Shown here piece by piece: positions 33,701 to 34,212 of a stretch of 34,212 nucleotides of DNA. Source of the stretch: a virus (taxonomy: Duplodnaviria; Caudoviricetes); IMG/VR virus record IMGVR_UViG_3300032295_000959, positions 1 to 34,212 of that record; one strand, written 5' to 3'. A program made the position numbers and the translations under genes. Position 1 is the first letter of the stretch. Each line of letters begins with the position of its first letter. The notes beneath the pieces were generated by a model. It did no database searches and was not told the origin of the DNA. It worked only from the letters and a program-made list of their open reading frames with translations.

Positions 33701-33743
33701 GTCCAAAGTATAGCGTAAATTTACAGGTATGTACTTTGCCTTC

Positions 33744-33893
33744 TTAAATTCTAAATTCATTTGCTTTTAGGAAAGCTATATCTTCAGGTAATGCCATGCA
33801 AACTGCCATCATGTGCTTATCAAGGTATTTCTGAAGTTTGTCGCGGTTGGCTGGTGTAGGCACTTTGCGGTACGTATCAAGTAGCTTTTTCAT
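33744..33893 (-). CDS. Small hypothetical protein (49 aa) with its own promoter, not in ORF track
   Basis: AGGAG RBS; MKKLLDTYRKVPTPANRDKLQKYLDKHMMAVCMALPEDIAFLKANEFRI. Confidence 0.8.
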   Translation of the reverse strand: MKKLLDTYRKVPTPANRDKLQKYLDKHMMAVCMALPEDIAFLKANEFRI

Positions 33894-33928
33894 CTCATCT
33901 CCTAGTTAATCAATGCTGCTGTGAAGTA

Positions 33929-33971
33929 ACTATAGCTAAACTGATTCCAGACTGCAACATAAATATTTCTA
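33929..33971 (-). promoter_or_regulatory. Sigma70-type promoter with AT-rich upstream element
   Basis: TTGCAG-17 bp-TATAGT; upstream TAGAAATATTT. Confidence 0.72.
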
Positions 33972-33978
33972 TCAAGAA

Positions 33979-34212
33979 TCATTCATCAATAGTTTCCGAA
34001 CAAGCAACCCTTACAGCCTTAACCGCAGCCTGTGGATTCGACACTACCGCTACCTGACCTCGCCAAGTTTGATGCCAAATAACCTGATCCGGTGTCAGTT
34101 TGGCTTTATCGTCTTTCTTTATTTCTAACAAAATGTTCTTGCCCCTGTAGCCCACCAGAATATCCGGACACCCTTGACCTACCCCATGCAGGTGCTGGAC
34201 ATCCATGCCTAC
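33979..34212 (-). CDS. VRR-NUC family nuclease (Holliday junction resolvase-like), 5' end outside the window
   Basis: GCPDILVGY...LLEIK....KLTPDQ..W...WRG; frame open to 34212. Confidence 0.85.
   Translation of the reverse strand, partial: VGMDVQHLHGVGQGCPDILVGYRGKNILLEIKKDDKAKLTPDQVIWHQTWRGQVAVVSNPQAAVKAVRVACSETIDE

Larger units (their letters stand above)
1..34212. mobile_element. Tailed dsDNA phage (podovirus-like) genome segment, probably most of the genome
   Basis: Contiguous terminase, portal, scaffold, capsid, tail/ejection, lysis, recombination and replication genes; no host housekeeping genes; ORFs run off both ends of the window. Confidence 0.97.

Noticed and set aside
1-34212. 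Integrated prophage with att sites
   Set aside because: No integrase, host genes or attachment-type repeats in the window; lifestyle cannot be determined

Overview
This window is most of a tailed dsDNA bacteriophage genome with podovirus-type architecture: P22/SU10-like portal, scaffold, capsid, adaptor, nozzle and ejection proteins, and no tape measure, sheath, integrase or DNA polymerase visible. The host is Gram-negative (Rz/Rz1 spanins). Order from left to right: (1) a leftward replication module (DUF1376-type initiator, stand-alone primase Zn finger, start of a probable helicase); (2) a divergent control region; (3) a short rightward early operon (ERF recombinase, SSB-like protein, Cys-rich secreted peptide, XRE regulator, MazG-like pyrophosphatase); (4) a long leftward block covering lysis, tail/fibre, ejection, head and packaging genes, a glycan-modification cassette, small basic proteins, Ref-like nuclease, PAPS-reductase-like protein and VRR-NUC nuclease. 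The most interesting unexplained signals are non-coding. These are a ~260-nt heavily base-paired, pseudoknotted element behind a kissing-loop/terminator switch (33339-33700), a pseudoknot leader on the replication initiator (1300-1398), a cluster of structured elements at 3703-3887, and a phage-specific promoter motif shared by two distant sites. Also notable are near-total absence of CCWGG, an AUU-start lysis-region gene, a possible virion-glycosylation system, and a recurring GLL motif on ejection-type proteins. All product calls come from motif recognition by eye, with no database searches, and all RNA structures are hand-derived.
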